This document shows, piece after piece, positions 9,231 through 19,300 of a DNA stretch of 55,504 nt. The notes below the pieces were generated by a model, which did no database searches, was not told where the DNA came from, and worked only from the letters and a program-made list of their open reading frames with translations. The DNA lies in IMG/VR virus record IMGVR_UViG_3300027749_000136, positions 1 through 55,504 of that record; one strand, 5' to 3'. The translations under genes were made by a program, and so were the position numbers. Every line of letters starts with the position of its first letter. The stretch's first letter is position 1. The stretch is from a virus (Duplodnaviria; Caudoviricetes).

Positions 9231-10147
9231 TATGATAAGCCGGTGCCGCTAGCAGTTGGACTTGCTACAGATACATTCGAGCCGCTTGGGCGATATTGTG
9301 AAACAATGCTGTTTAATGTAGGAGTTACATTTTCATCAAAGTTTGGATCACCGAGGTCGTTATCCTGGAATTCAATTGTTAAAATAATCTGTGTACTATC
9401 TACGCTTTTTCTTGCTCTTATTACATAAAGATTTTCAGCGTACGAACCAGACGGTGCTGATTTTTGTCCAATAATTTGATTACTTGTAGTTAAGTCATTA
9501 AAACCTATATTTGACCCTGTTGCACTTGCCCCAGTATACGTAGTTTGGGTATAGTTCATAACAAACTCACCCATTTGTGTAAACATTAGACTCCATGTGT
9601 TATTTTTAGAACTTCCGCTAGTTATATTAGCAGCAATTCTAATTGAGCCGCCAGCATTGAAAAAATATTTTAAATTATTTAATGAGCCGCCGCCTGATGT
9701 TGAACCTGTTATTGCCACTGTATGCGTTAATGTACCATTCCAAGCTGAAGTTTGAGATCCTGTGACTAACCCTTCAGACGAATACTGACCACCTACATTA
9801 TCAATATCTATAGATGTTTTATTAGAATTAACTGTACTTGCAAATAGTGCAAATTGATTTCTTAAAGCTTCTGTTATTGTTGCGCCGCTAGTCGGCACTA
9901 CTAAATTACGACCATCATTTGCTGAGGTTGAGCCAACTGCCGAACCAATTTGGTGTTGTCTTGCTTTAACTAGATCAGTACGTAGATTAAACCATTGCAA
10001 TGCTGTTATAATCGATCCAGCAGTTGTGTCCGATGATAAAAGAGATTGCCCGTATCCGTCGGCGTTTGCACCTATGACGCTATCTACAATAGATCTAATG
10101 CTATTGTAATCAGTATTTTGAATTAGTTGTCCAACACCTGCTGTCAT
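9230..10147 (-). CDS. Putative virion structural (tail-associated) protein
   Basis: S/T/G-rich with a YFFNAGGSIRI motif; last gene of the tail cluster. Confidence 0.6.
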   Translation of the reverse strand: MTAGVGQLIQNTDYNSIRSIVDSVIGANADGYGQSLLSSDTTAGSIITALQWFNLRTDLVKARQHQIGSAVGSTSANDGRNLVVPTSGATITEALRNQFALFASTVNSNKTSIDIDNVGGQYSSEGLVTGSQTSAWNGTLTHTVAITGSTSGGGSLNNLKYFFNAGGSIRIAANITSGSSKNNTWSLMFTQMGEFVMNYTQTTYTGASATGSNIGFNDLTTSNQIIGQKSAPSGSYAENLYVIRARKSVDSTQIILTIEFQDNDLGDPNFDENVTPTLNSIVSQYRPSGSNVSVASPTASGTGLS

Positions 10148-10156
10148 TTTTATTCC

Positions 10157-11299
10157 TTACAATATAATTGATTCAATTAGCTTTTCGCTAGCATCGTCAC
10201 TAGATTCTAAAGCTACTGCAAACACGCCACTAGCATGTGGAACTGCTACAGTAGCACACCCGTTGTCTGCTGCAATCAATTCATCGCCTTTATTAACTCG
10301 ACCTATAACTTTAACTGGAACGCGACCTTTTAATGCAACTGGGGTTCCTCCCTTTAATTCACTATTCATTAAATACGCAGGATTAGTAGATACTGCTCCA
10401 ATTGCACGTTTACCCCATCTGCTTGCTGTAATTTCTTTGTTGCCACCAATTATAACAACTGTACCAGGAGCATATTCTGCATCTGCAAGATAATGTTCAG
10501 CTAAGTCAGCATATTTTGCACTAGACGCTACTCCCTGAAATACATTAGCAAATATGTCGCCGCTACCGTTTCTTGCGGCAACTGTATTACCAGTTGCAGC
10601 ATTGGCAGTTGCTGTTCTACTAGTGCCGTCTACATTCAATGCTTCAGCCTTTAACGAATTACTAGCAGTTCCCCAAAATCTATGACTAGTAGTAGTAATA
10701 CCAGATATTCCAGTATTAACTAATGTTAATCCCTTTTTAATATTTGCAAAACCAATTTTAGAATTAATTGCATTATCTAACGTAAATTCGTCTGCTGAAA
10801 TTATGTAAGTTGTCACATCGTTAACTACTGCTGACATGATAGCATGTGGTTGGTTAGTGTCATCTATTACTGTTTCAGATACAAATTGAGTGACTCCTTG
10901 ACCAGAGGCTGTTTGTGGACCAATTAACACATACCCGCCAGCGGCCGATTTAGCATAAAGCTGGCTGTTTGCATCATCAAACCAAAAATCTCCAGTGCTT
11001 AACCCCGACGGTGCAGTGCCGCCAATTTCGGCTCCACCGGTAGTTCTCCATTTATTGTTTTTATCAAAAAATTTAAGTTTATTTTTGTCACTATCATACC
11101 AAAGCTGGCCGCTTAGTGGACGAGGAGGTTCGCCGGTGCCTGAGAAATTTTCTAATAAATTTACGAAATTTTCATTTTGTACTTCTCCATAGCCAGCATA
11201 ATTTTTACCGATTAATTTAATATCGAGAGTGCTGTTTATAGTACCGTCTTCGACAACAGTTATTTCTGTTCCATTATATCTATTAATGCTGTATGGCAT
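10157..11299 (-). CDS. Tail fibre/baseplate protein with C-terminal intramolecular-chaperone (peptidase G2-like) domain
   Basis: N-domain LIGKNYAGYGE..NENF..LLENF; C-domain YADLAEHY...GTVV..GG..EIT...VALKGRVPVKV. Confidence 0.65.
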   Translation of the reverse strand: MPYSINRYNGTEITVVEDGTINSTLDIKLIGKNYAGYGEVQNENFVNLLENFSGTGEPPRPLSGQLWYDSDKNKLKFFDKNNKWRTTGGAEIGGTAPSGLSTGDFWFDDANSQLYAKSAAGGYVLIGPQTASGQGVTQFVSETVIDDTNQPHAIMSAVVNDVTTYIISADEFTLDNAINSKIGFANIKKGLTLVNTGISGITTTSHRFWGTASNSLKAEALNVDGTSRTATANAATGNTVAARNGSGDIFANVFQGVASSAKYADLAEHYLADAEYAPGTVVIIGGNKEITASRWGKRAIGAVSTNPAYLMNSELKGGTPVALKGRVPVKVIGRVNKGDELIAADNGCATVAVPHASGVFAVALESSDDASEKLIESIIL

Positions 11300-11325
11300 T
11301 CGTGCTACCCCTTAACTTTATATAT

Positions 11326-12426
11326 TTAGTTCAAATCTTGCCAACCGCTTGGCGTATAAGTTTGTACTGCATCAGTGCTAGTATTATAAATTAACTCTCC
11401 GTAATTTGCAGAGCTTAATGTTCGTGCATCACGGGTTGTAGTTGTATACTGTGGCAATTTAAACTGCGAACTGGCTCTAAAACTTCCGTTAACATCTAAC
11501 GTATAGCTAGGATTTTCATTAAAAATACCAACTCTTTCAGTTATGCTTTTAGCTGTTATTGCATCCTTTGTTCCGCCAGAATTTTTAACTCTAATCTTAT
11601 AATCTTGTCCAGAATTATTGCTAATGATTGTAAGAGCTGCAGTATTAGCGGAAATTTCAAAATTTTGATTAGGGCCAAGTATCAATGGCAATGCATTTTG
11701 TATAGTAAGTGTTCCTGCTGAGCTATTACCAGCAGGATCTACTTTATTCATAAAATCATCAGCAGTGTAAGTTAATGTGCCTTGTAAATTAGCCACTCGA
11801 TCTGCTTCGCTTGCTCTAACATTAAACTTCATCCCTGAAAGGGTACCTGCGTTAAACCCAGGTTTAATTGTACCGCTAAACCCAGATATTACACTTTTTG
11901 GTTCAAATTCTACAGAGCTTTTACTAAAAATTCCAAGTAATATATCACCTACCCACAACTTAACAACTACTCTAAGTGCATTATTTGAGTCATAGATAGA
12001 CTCAGCGGTTAGTCCAGATTTTCCCTGACTATCATTCCATATTTTACTAGCTTCGTATCGGTTGTTGGCTGACGAATAAAAATACAAGCGATTTTCTAAA
12101 CTATCAATCCACATATCACCCTGAACAACGTTGACAGGAGGTGTGCCTTGTACAATAGGTCCACTGCCTATTCTAAATCCTTGTCCATCGTATACTTTTA
12201 ATCTGTTTGTAGCAGTATCAAACCAAATTTGTCCTGCTATGGGGTTGTTAGGTGAAGATGTATTAGCAAAATTTTCTAATAATTTTACTAAATTTTCATT
12301 AAAAAATTCGCCGTAGCCTGCTACGTTTTTACCTATAAGAGTAAGATCAGTAGCTGTTTGATCAACTGTACTGTCAACAATTTCAGTTAACAACGAACCG
12401 TCTGTTTTATTAATTTTGTAAGTCAT
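11326..12426 (-). CDS. Tail fibre/baseplate protein
   Basis: Same N-domain (LIGKNVAGYGE..NENL..LLENFA..GQIWFD); RVGIFNENPSYTLDVNG fibre motif. Confidence 0.65.
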   Translation of the reverse strand: MTYKINKTDGSLLTEIVDSTVDQTATDLTLIGKNVAGYGEFFNENLVKLLENFANTSSPNNPIAGQIWFDTATNRLKVYDGQGFRIGSGPIVQGTPPVNVVQGDMWIDSLENRLYFYSSANNRYEASKIWNDSQGKSGLTAESIYDSNNALRVVVKLWVGDILLGIFSKSSVEFEPKSVISGFSGTIKPGFNAGTLSGMKFNVRASEADRVANLQGTLTYTADDFMNKVDPAGNSSAGTLTIQNALPLILGPNQNFEISANTAALTIISNNSGQDYKIRVKNSGGTKDAITAKSITERVGIFNENPSYTLDVNGSFRASSQFKLPQYTTTTRDARTLSSANYGELIYNTSTDAVQTYTPSGWQDLN

Positions 12427-14549
12427 TAATCAATCCTACCAGTGAAAATTATATAGTTTATTGTTAAGTAAGGATTCATAACATTTAAAGGAACATCAAT
12501 TTGTGTGGAATCAACAGGGCCGGCATTTGGTAGTAATCTTGAAAATCCTTCAGTTAGTTGCGAAGTTTTTCCTACTGCATTATCATCAATAATATCTACC
12601 GAGCCCGTAGTGTCAATAGTTGGTGCATAGAATTGTGTTCCATTGCTACCTGTTAAATTGTGAGTATGCTGTGGTAAGTTTTTAGTCTGAACTGACTTTT
12701 CTTCGTTGCCATTTGCTAATCCTACAGTATCAGCAGTTACATCGGTCACTCGATTAGCCATTGTTCCTATAGTAGGTCCGGCAGTATTACCGTCCGGTAA
12801 TAACGGAACAGCTATATCGTTATTCATGTTGTCAGCACCTAAAGGAAATCTACCTCTAAGATCAGGTAATCGAAAAGTTGATACTCCAATATATGGATTA
12901 GATCCTTTATATATGTTTCCTATAACCGAATATAATGTGGCATACTGACTAATTTGTACTTCAGCACCATCACACATTAAGTACCCCGAAGGAATACTAG
13001 TACTTGCGCCGGCAAACGGCATTATACATCCAACTGGTACAAATGGCAATTTAGATAAAAATGTATTTTTGGTAATTTTCTTTAGGCCGGTACCAACTCG
13101 ATTAATTAATAACTCATCAGTAGACAACGAATCAAATGCTTGATCTTTTGTGGAAATAACGTCTGTACTTAGTACAGTATTAAAAATTGCAACACCGCCT
13201 AACTGAGCACCGTTAAAACTAACAGTATTACTTGAGATATCACCGGTTAATGAAAAATCAGTAGAGCTAGTTAGTCGAGATGCGGTACCAGTCACTGATC
13301 CGTTGAACGCTCCAGAGAACGAACCTCTAAATACTGTTGATAAGTCTTCATTACCTATTGTGTTAGCGTATATTGTTTTGTATCTTAAAGAATTAGTTCC
13401 TAAGTCGTATAAATTATTTGCAGAGGGGCGTATATTATTAGATGTTAAATTTCCGGATATGTTTGCACCAGTACCAACATATAATGTTTTTGCTATACTG
13501 GCGCCACCTGCCGTAGTAATACTTCCAGTTGTTAAATTAGTAGAGTCAGTTATAGCATTAACAATTAATCCATCACTTGTTTGTATTTTTCCAATAACAT
13601 CTAATGCTTCTGTAGGATTAGTTTTATTAATACCAACAGTGGTTCCAGTCACGGTTAATACATCTTTTAACGTTCCAGATTGATTAACTCTTACATAAAT
13701 TGTAGAGCCTTCTGTTTTATTGTATAATACAGTAGATCCGTTAGAATTATTCGATAATACTGTGTTTAAATCAGCACCTATGGTCAGTCCAACATTATTT
13801 CGTATGTTAATACCAAATCCAGTTGTATTAGTTACATCAGTTCTTAAGAAACTATTTGCATCTAATCCCTCTGCATAGCCAGAAACTACTAATTTGTCTG
13901 CCCTATCAGCTGTGCCCCAAAATTTGTTAAGCATTGTTCCGTTAAGATCAAAGTCTTTTGATGACATGTTGATGCCTTGATTAATCCCGATAAAGCCTTC
14001 AATAACAGCTTTAGGAGTAAATGCATCTTTACTAACAATTGCAACAGTTTGGCCGCTAATAATAAAACTTAGAATTGTGTGCGGATTATTTGATGCATCA
14101 TATACAACATCAACTTTAGGACCAGTTTGAGCACCTTCACTAAATTGCGGGCCTACTAAAATCCAATTTGATCCAGACCACAAATATAATTGTTGATTAG
14201 AAGTATCTACCCAAAGATCACCAATAACTGCACTAGTTGGACGAACAATTTTTTTAGTGACGTTGCCAGCAGCTACCCAATTAGTGCCGTCCCATACCTT
14301 TAGCTGAGGTTGTGATGGAATATTATTAATATTGGTATCATACCAAAGTTGTCCAATGATCGGATTAGGCGGTGCCGTTGCCTTTGCAAAATTTTCTAAT
14401 AAATGTAAAAAATTTTCTGCTAGGCTTTTTGCATAGCCAGTATAATTCTTTCCAACAAATCCTAAACTAGTTTCTTGATTTATTGCTTGATCTGCAACGG
14501 TTATACTGCCGTAGTTTGTAAGATCTGAATGGTCTATTTGATAAGACAT
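12426..14549 (-). CDS. Tail fibre protein with phage tail collar domain
   Basis: Collar motif PVGCIMPFAG..IPSGYLMCDG..YATLYSVIG..FRLPDLRGRF; HTH motif and NPYLTINYII at the end; shared N-domain. Confidence 0.8.
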   Translation of the reverse strand: MSYQIDHSDLTNYGSITVADQAINQETSLGFVGKNYTGYAKSLAENFLHLLENFAKATAPPNPIIGQLWYDTNINNIPSQPQLKVWDGTNWVAAGNVTKKIVRPTSAVIGDLWVDTSNQQLYLWSGSNWILVGPQFSEGAQTGPKVDVVYDASNNPHTILSFIISGQTVAIVSKDAFTPKAVIEGFIGINQGINMSSKDFDLNGTMLNKFWGTADRADKLVVSGYAEGLDANSFLRTDVTNTTGFGINIRNNVGLTIGADLNTVLSNNSNGSTVLYNKTEGSTIYVRVNQSGTLKDVLTVTGTTVGINKTNPTEALDVIGKIQTSDGLIVNAITDSTNLTTGSITTAGGASIAKTLYVGTGANISGNLTSNNIRPSANNLYDLGTNSLRYKTIYANTIGNEDLSTVFRGSFSGAFNGSVTGTASRLTSSTDFSLTGDISSNTVSFNGAQLGGVAIFNTVLSTDVISTKDQAFDSLSTDELLINRVGTGLKKITKNTFLSKLPFVPVGCIMPFAGASTSIPSGYLMCDGAEVQISQYATLYSVIGNIYKGSNPYIGVSTFRLPDLRGRFPLGADNMNNDIAVPLLPDGNTAGPTIGTMANRVTDVTADTVGLANGNEEKSVQTKNLPQHTHNLTGSNGTQFYAPTIDTTGSVDIIDDNAVGKTSQLTEGFSRLLPNAGPVDSTQIDVPLNVMNPYLTINYIIFTGRID

Positions 14550-15160
14550 TATACTACCTCACTTAGACCAGTTAAACTTTGAATCCGTACTGTATAGTCA
14601 ATTTGAATTAATCTATTCAAAGATTTTTGTACAGGATGAAAAATAACATGAGTCAATAGCTTGCTTGTTCCTGTATTACTGTAAGATTTTAATCCCAGTT
14701 CATCAAACACATAAGTGTTGTTTGATAAGGCTGAATTATCAAATGCATCTTGATTATTTGGCTCGCCGTAGTCCAATAAACAAGTGACAAATACATCAGT
14801 GTAATTGGTCCCAGTCACATGTCTAGTTTCAATTTTATTTCGAATAGGGTCTAAATTTACAGTTGCTCTATCGTCAACCACTTTAGAATAAGTTTTATTG
14901 TAGAGATCGGCATTTGTACCTGTACTGTTTGGTGTCAAGTATGTTATTATTCCAGTAGGATCAATAGTTGTACCGCCATTGCCAAAAGACATTTCATATA
15001 TAAAACCCTGCCCAGCATTAGCTATACTCTCAGCTAATGAGATGCTCATGTTTTCATAGTGAATAGCATTACGTTTATTAACAAATACTTCTCCAGTGTC
15101 TGGATTATGTATCTTAATATGTCCTTCGATGTGTATTCCTGATAAGTCTTTACCTTGCAT
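14549..15160 (-). CDS. Putative baseplate/tail structural protein
   Basis: Beta-rich 203 aa (FDELGL, HPVQKSLNR) in the baseplate operon, with a TAAATA promoter upstream. Confidence 0.55.
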   Translation of the reverse strand: MQGKDLSGIHIEGHIKIHNPDTGEVFVNKRNAIHYENMSISLAESIANAGQGFIYEMSFGNGGTTIDPTGIITYLTPNSTGTNADLYNKTYSKVVDDRATVNLDPIRNKIETRHVTGTNYTDVFVTCLLDYGEPNNQDAFDNSALSNNTYVFDELGLKSYSNTGTSKLLTHVIFHPVQKSLNRLIQIDYTVRIQSLTGLSEVV

Positions 15161-15206
15161 ATTATGTCTCTTTTTTATATTTACCTAATATTAATAACTG
15201 CATATA

Positions 15207-16307
15207 TTATAAAATAACTGCAATAACAATTCCCGGACCGTGTGTAGTTTTATCTTCTAAACTTTTTGCAAAAACTGCGTTTGGAGGAGACTGTGGGTCT
15301 GCAACTTGTGCAAAACCTGCTATATTGCTAGTCACTAATAGGTCACCTTTCTTAACAGTTCCAATTATCTTTACAGGGACTTTACCCCTAAGCGCAACTG
15401 CCTGTCCTATAGAGTCTCCGTTCATAACATATGCCGGATTTGACGATATTGCGCCAGCAACTCGAGTATCTGCGTAAGTATTTGAAACTGTAATTTCTTC
15501 AATTCCGCCAAACACAACTACAGTTCCTTCTTCGTATGTAGTGTCTGATATATATTTTTCAGCCAAGTCTGCATAAGTTGCTTGGAAAGTTCCAGTTATA
15601 CTCCAATTTCCAGTTATTGATCCTGCTGTAATTGCGCTGCCAGTTGTTATAGATGTAGTTGTCACTGTGCCGGTAAATATTGGTTCAGAAAACATTGTTT
15701 GCTTTGATTCGTTAGTGACATTTGCTAACCCTACATCATCAGCAGTCACTGTACTCCAATACGGGGATCTGGCAACAGATCCGGTTCCGGTACCAGTTAA
15801 AAACTTTTTAGTAGTTGTTATATTGCCAGGGAGAACAGAAGTTGTACTTGTGCCAGTTTGGTATGGTATTCCTCCAATTGCTCCGCCTATGATATTAGCA
15901 CCTTCTACTGATATAGTTCCATTGTTTACTGCAATTCCCGATCCTATTCGCACTCCTCCAAGTTGTACAGGAGATGCCGTGGGCAAATTGTATGTATAAC
16001 TTACACTTAATACACTAGTATCATCAATTGTTAGTCCACTACCTACTCGTATGCCTCCTAATACTTCACTTGAAGCAGGAGGTAATGTGTATCCGCTATA
16101 ATTCTTAACAGATAGTACACCAGTGTCAGATACAGCTAGTCCTGCGCCTACTTTTATTGATCCTAAAATAGTTGGCGTAGCTTGTTTTACAATTGAATTT
16201 TTTAAATCAAGAAGAGTAAGTTTTCTAGTAAGTTGGCCATCACTGATTGGGAATACATTATTATCCGACGGGGATTCAATTTTTGGTAAATCTGTTATGC
16301 GTGCCAT
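15207..16307 (-). CDS. Tail fibre protein with repeats and C-terminal intramolecular-chaperone domain
   Basis: MARITDLP start; three A(S/T)xxxLG(G/S)(I/V)(K/R)(V/I)GxG repeats; YADLAEKY...VALRGKVPVK C-domain paralogous to 10157-11299. Confidence 0.7.
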   Translation of the reverse strand: MARITDLPKIESPSDNNVFPISDGQLTRKLTLLDLKNSIVKQATPTILGSIKVGAGLAVSDTGVLSVKNYSGYTLPPASSEVLGGIRVGSGLTIDDTSVLSVSYTYNLPTASPVQLGGVRIGSGIAVNNGTISVEGANIIGGAIGGIPYQTGTSTTSVLPGNITTTKKFLTGTGTGSVARSPYWSTVTADDVGLANVTNESKQTMFSEPIFTGTVTTTSITTGSAITAGSITGNWSITGTFQATYADLAEKYISDTTYEEGTVVVFGGIEEITVSNTYADTRVAGAISSNPAYVMNGDSIGQAVALRGKVPVKIIGTVKKGDLLVTSNIAGFAQVADPQSPPNAVFAKSLEDKTTHGPGIVIAVIL

Positions 16308-16309
16308 GT

Positions 16310-19300
16310 TTAATCAAGCTCCAATGGGTCATTATCGTCGGTAGTTAGTGTCTGATTGTCATCACTAGATAATATGTACTGGTATTTATCCTCCAGATAC
16401 TGTGAAAATACAGCCTCAGTATTCTTAATAAACTTAATAATATCAGTACTGGTATGTGTCGGATCAGTTAGCGGAGTATCCCACTGCTGACCTATCTTCT
16501 TAACAACTACTATTCTTGAATTTTCAGGCACGGTATTATTCAACTGCACAGTTGAAGAATTACTGCTTACTGTAAATTCAGCGTCAAAACTGCTATCTCC
16601 TTCTGGGCTGTACGGGTATCCATTTGACTCTTCGAATAAAGAATACGAATTCTTTTTCAATCTATATCCGCCGACAAAGATATCAATACTGTTATTACTA
16701 GTTGGATTGTAATTTAAATCAACACTGTTGGTACTACCATTGCTAATAAAAGTTTCAACTACATGTTTATCCATGTATGGAATAGTTTCAGTTGGACCAA
16801 TATCAAGAACTATCGTTCTAACTCTATGTAATATTGGGGCACCTGTACCCAATGTACCGCGGCGTAATTTTCCTAAAATATTTCCAGTTTTACTAAAATA
16901 TTCAATACGCTCACCATTTATTTCAATAATACCTGGTAGGTTAAGTTCTGAGTTCGGCGGGCTTAATACTTCTCCGTTAACTACTGTTATTGTTGCATCT
17001 TTTTGTAATAGGTCTTTAGCTAGTCTAGTTGATTTAGCTTTTGAAATTCTCTTATAATGCACACGATTAAGCATATCTTTAAATTGCATATATCCGTAGC
17101 TATGATTAACTATGTTATCGTTAAAACAAATAATATCGATCTTGTCACTAAAGTAAACACTATCTTTTAATCTAATTGTTGTTAAATCTGAATCTAGATA
17201 ATAATCAACGCTATGTGTTAACATTAATCCGTTTTTAATAACCCAAACATAATCATCAAATGCTACCATTCGTTCTAATGTAATTTTTCCACTAGTCACA
17301 TTTTGATAGCTATAATATGTCGAAGTACCTGGAATAATATTATTTTGATACACTGTATATTCCGAAGTTCTTTGAATATCTTCAACATTATGGTTAAACA
17401 TTGAAATAACTTCGATAACATTGCCGGCAAATAATGTAGATGTAAATGTAATTTGATCATCTGTTATAGTATATTCTGCGTTGGTAAAATTTACTACCGT
17501 TAAAGTTGAGTCTTGTTTATATACTTGTTTATTAATAGTAATAGAAACATTTGGTACATCATATATATAATCAGCTCCAAAATTTAATTCAACTCCGTCC
17601 AAATAAACTTTAAAGTTTGCCGGATTCATAACCGTTTCATTTTCTTTATATTTTTTTAGATTATACGTTAGTTCATCATTTGTTAGAGTGAAATATGCTG
17701 AACTAGAAGGAGTTAGTACACGATTATCTTTTATTACTATAACATTATTAGATAAAGGTAGACTGTTTCCTATAATATTACTTAGAGTGAGTGTTTGTGA
17801 TAATCCGTCTGATACAAAATTTTCAGATTTAATAATTGATGCTGACTGATTTTTATCAGCAGTTATCATATATGTTATTAACGATCCCTGAGGAATATTT
17901 TGTACAATACGTATTCCTGTTTTTTCAGGAGAGTCATACGACTCGCTAGTTCTAAATAATTCGTAATTAACAGCTTGTCCATCCACTAGCACTATAGATC
18001 CTAATGTATCAATCCACGGTGCTTTGGTAATATATTCTGTAGTGATACCATCACTGATAAAATAATCCGAATCTAATAAATCTTGACTTGCTACTCCAAA
18101 TGTTATAATACTTAATATAGATTTATCTGTTGGGGCAACCGCCAGCGTAATAGTTTTGTCTTGCCAGTTAACAATATAATCAACATCTTGTTTTAAAATA
18201 ATATTATTGCCAAGTTTGACAAATATAGACGCAAGATTGTTAGGAATCTGAGCTAGCTCAAATACATTAGTAATTCCGTCACCAATATAATTTTTAAACA
18301 TTATTTTAGCGGACCCAGCTGTTGGTAGTTGATAAACTTTAATAGCAACTGCATCTGTAATATGTCCTGGAACAATTTCTTCAGGGGCTGCACTAGATGT
18401 TGGTGTTATTAGCCCGTCTCCATCTAAAATAATGTCATCAGGTGCAAGACCTGTTGCAGTACTGTACGCTAAATTGCCGCCAGATAATTGAGTGTCATAT
18501 TCTCCAGGCAATGGTGTGAAGCTACCATCGCTAGTACTCTTGCGGAATATAATAGTATCACCAGCATTGATAACTAGTGTTAAATTAGGAATTGTAAAAG
18601 TTTTTGTAGTACCATTGCCAACAATTGTTTGCATAACAGTATTTGCAGGAGCTATTTTTCGTCCGTTAGGTTGTTCAGTGACTCCGTCATACGTATTAAA
18701 ATATGGGTCGTCGATGCGTACACTGTTAATATACACGTTAATTTTTTCATTTAATACTGGTGCATACGGTAATGTGTATGTATAGGTACTGGCGCCAGCA
18801 ATTACAATATAATCATCAAACGCTGCATCAAATCCGTCCCATGAGTCCGTAAACCATGGTAGACTGTCCCAACCTCCGCTAATATTAAATCCAATTCCAG
18901 TAATGCTAACTCCTCCGTAATCAATACCTGTCATTAATTGTGCTAAATCTTTACCGTACATTCCGCTTTCAGGATTGTAATAAAAATTAATCCTATCAGT
19001 AGCTGATAAATGGTTAAAGTTTTTAGTATAACTTACCACAATTTCTTCTCCAGCTGCTGGAGCAGTTTGTAATGTCAGTGATCCAGAATAACTTGTAAAG
19101 CCTTTTGACGTTGACGTTTTAGTAGTTAATAAAAATTCATTTCTTAAAACATCAACGCCGTTGATCTTAACTGAGTTAGTTCCAGTAGTAGGAACTGGAC
19201 TAAATTTTAAAGGCCATTGTAGTCTTGAACCAGTTCCTACAAATGTTTCTGTTTCAGTTAACTCTGTCACATAATATGTCCTAGTTATCCTATCAAATTT

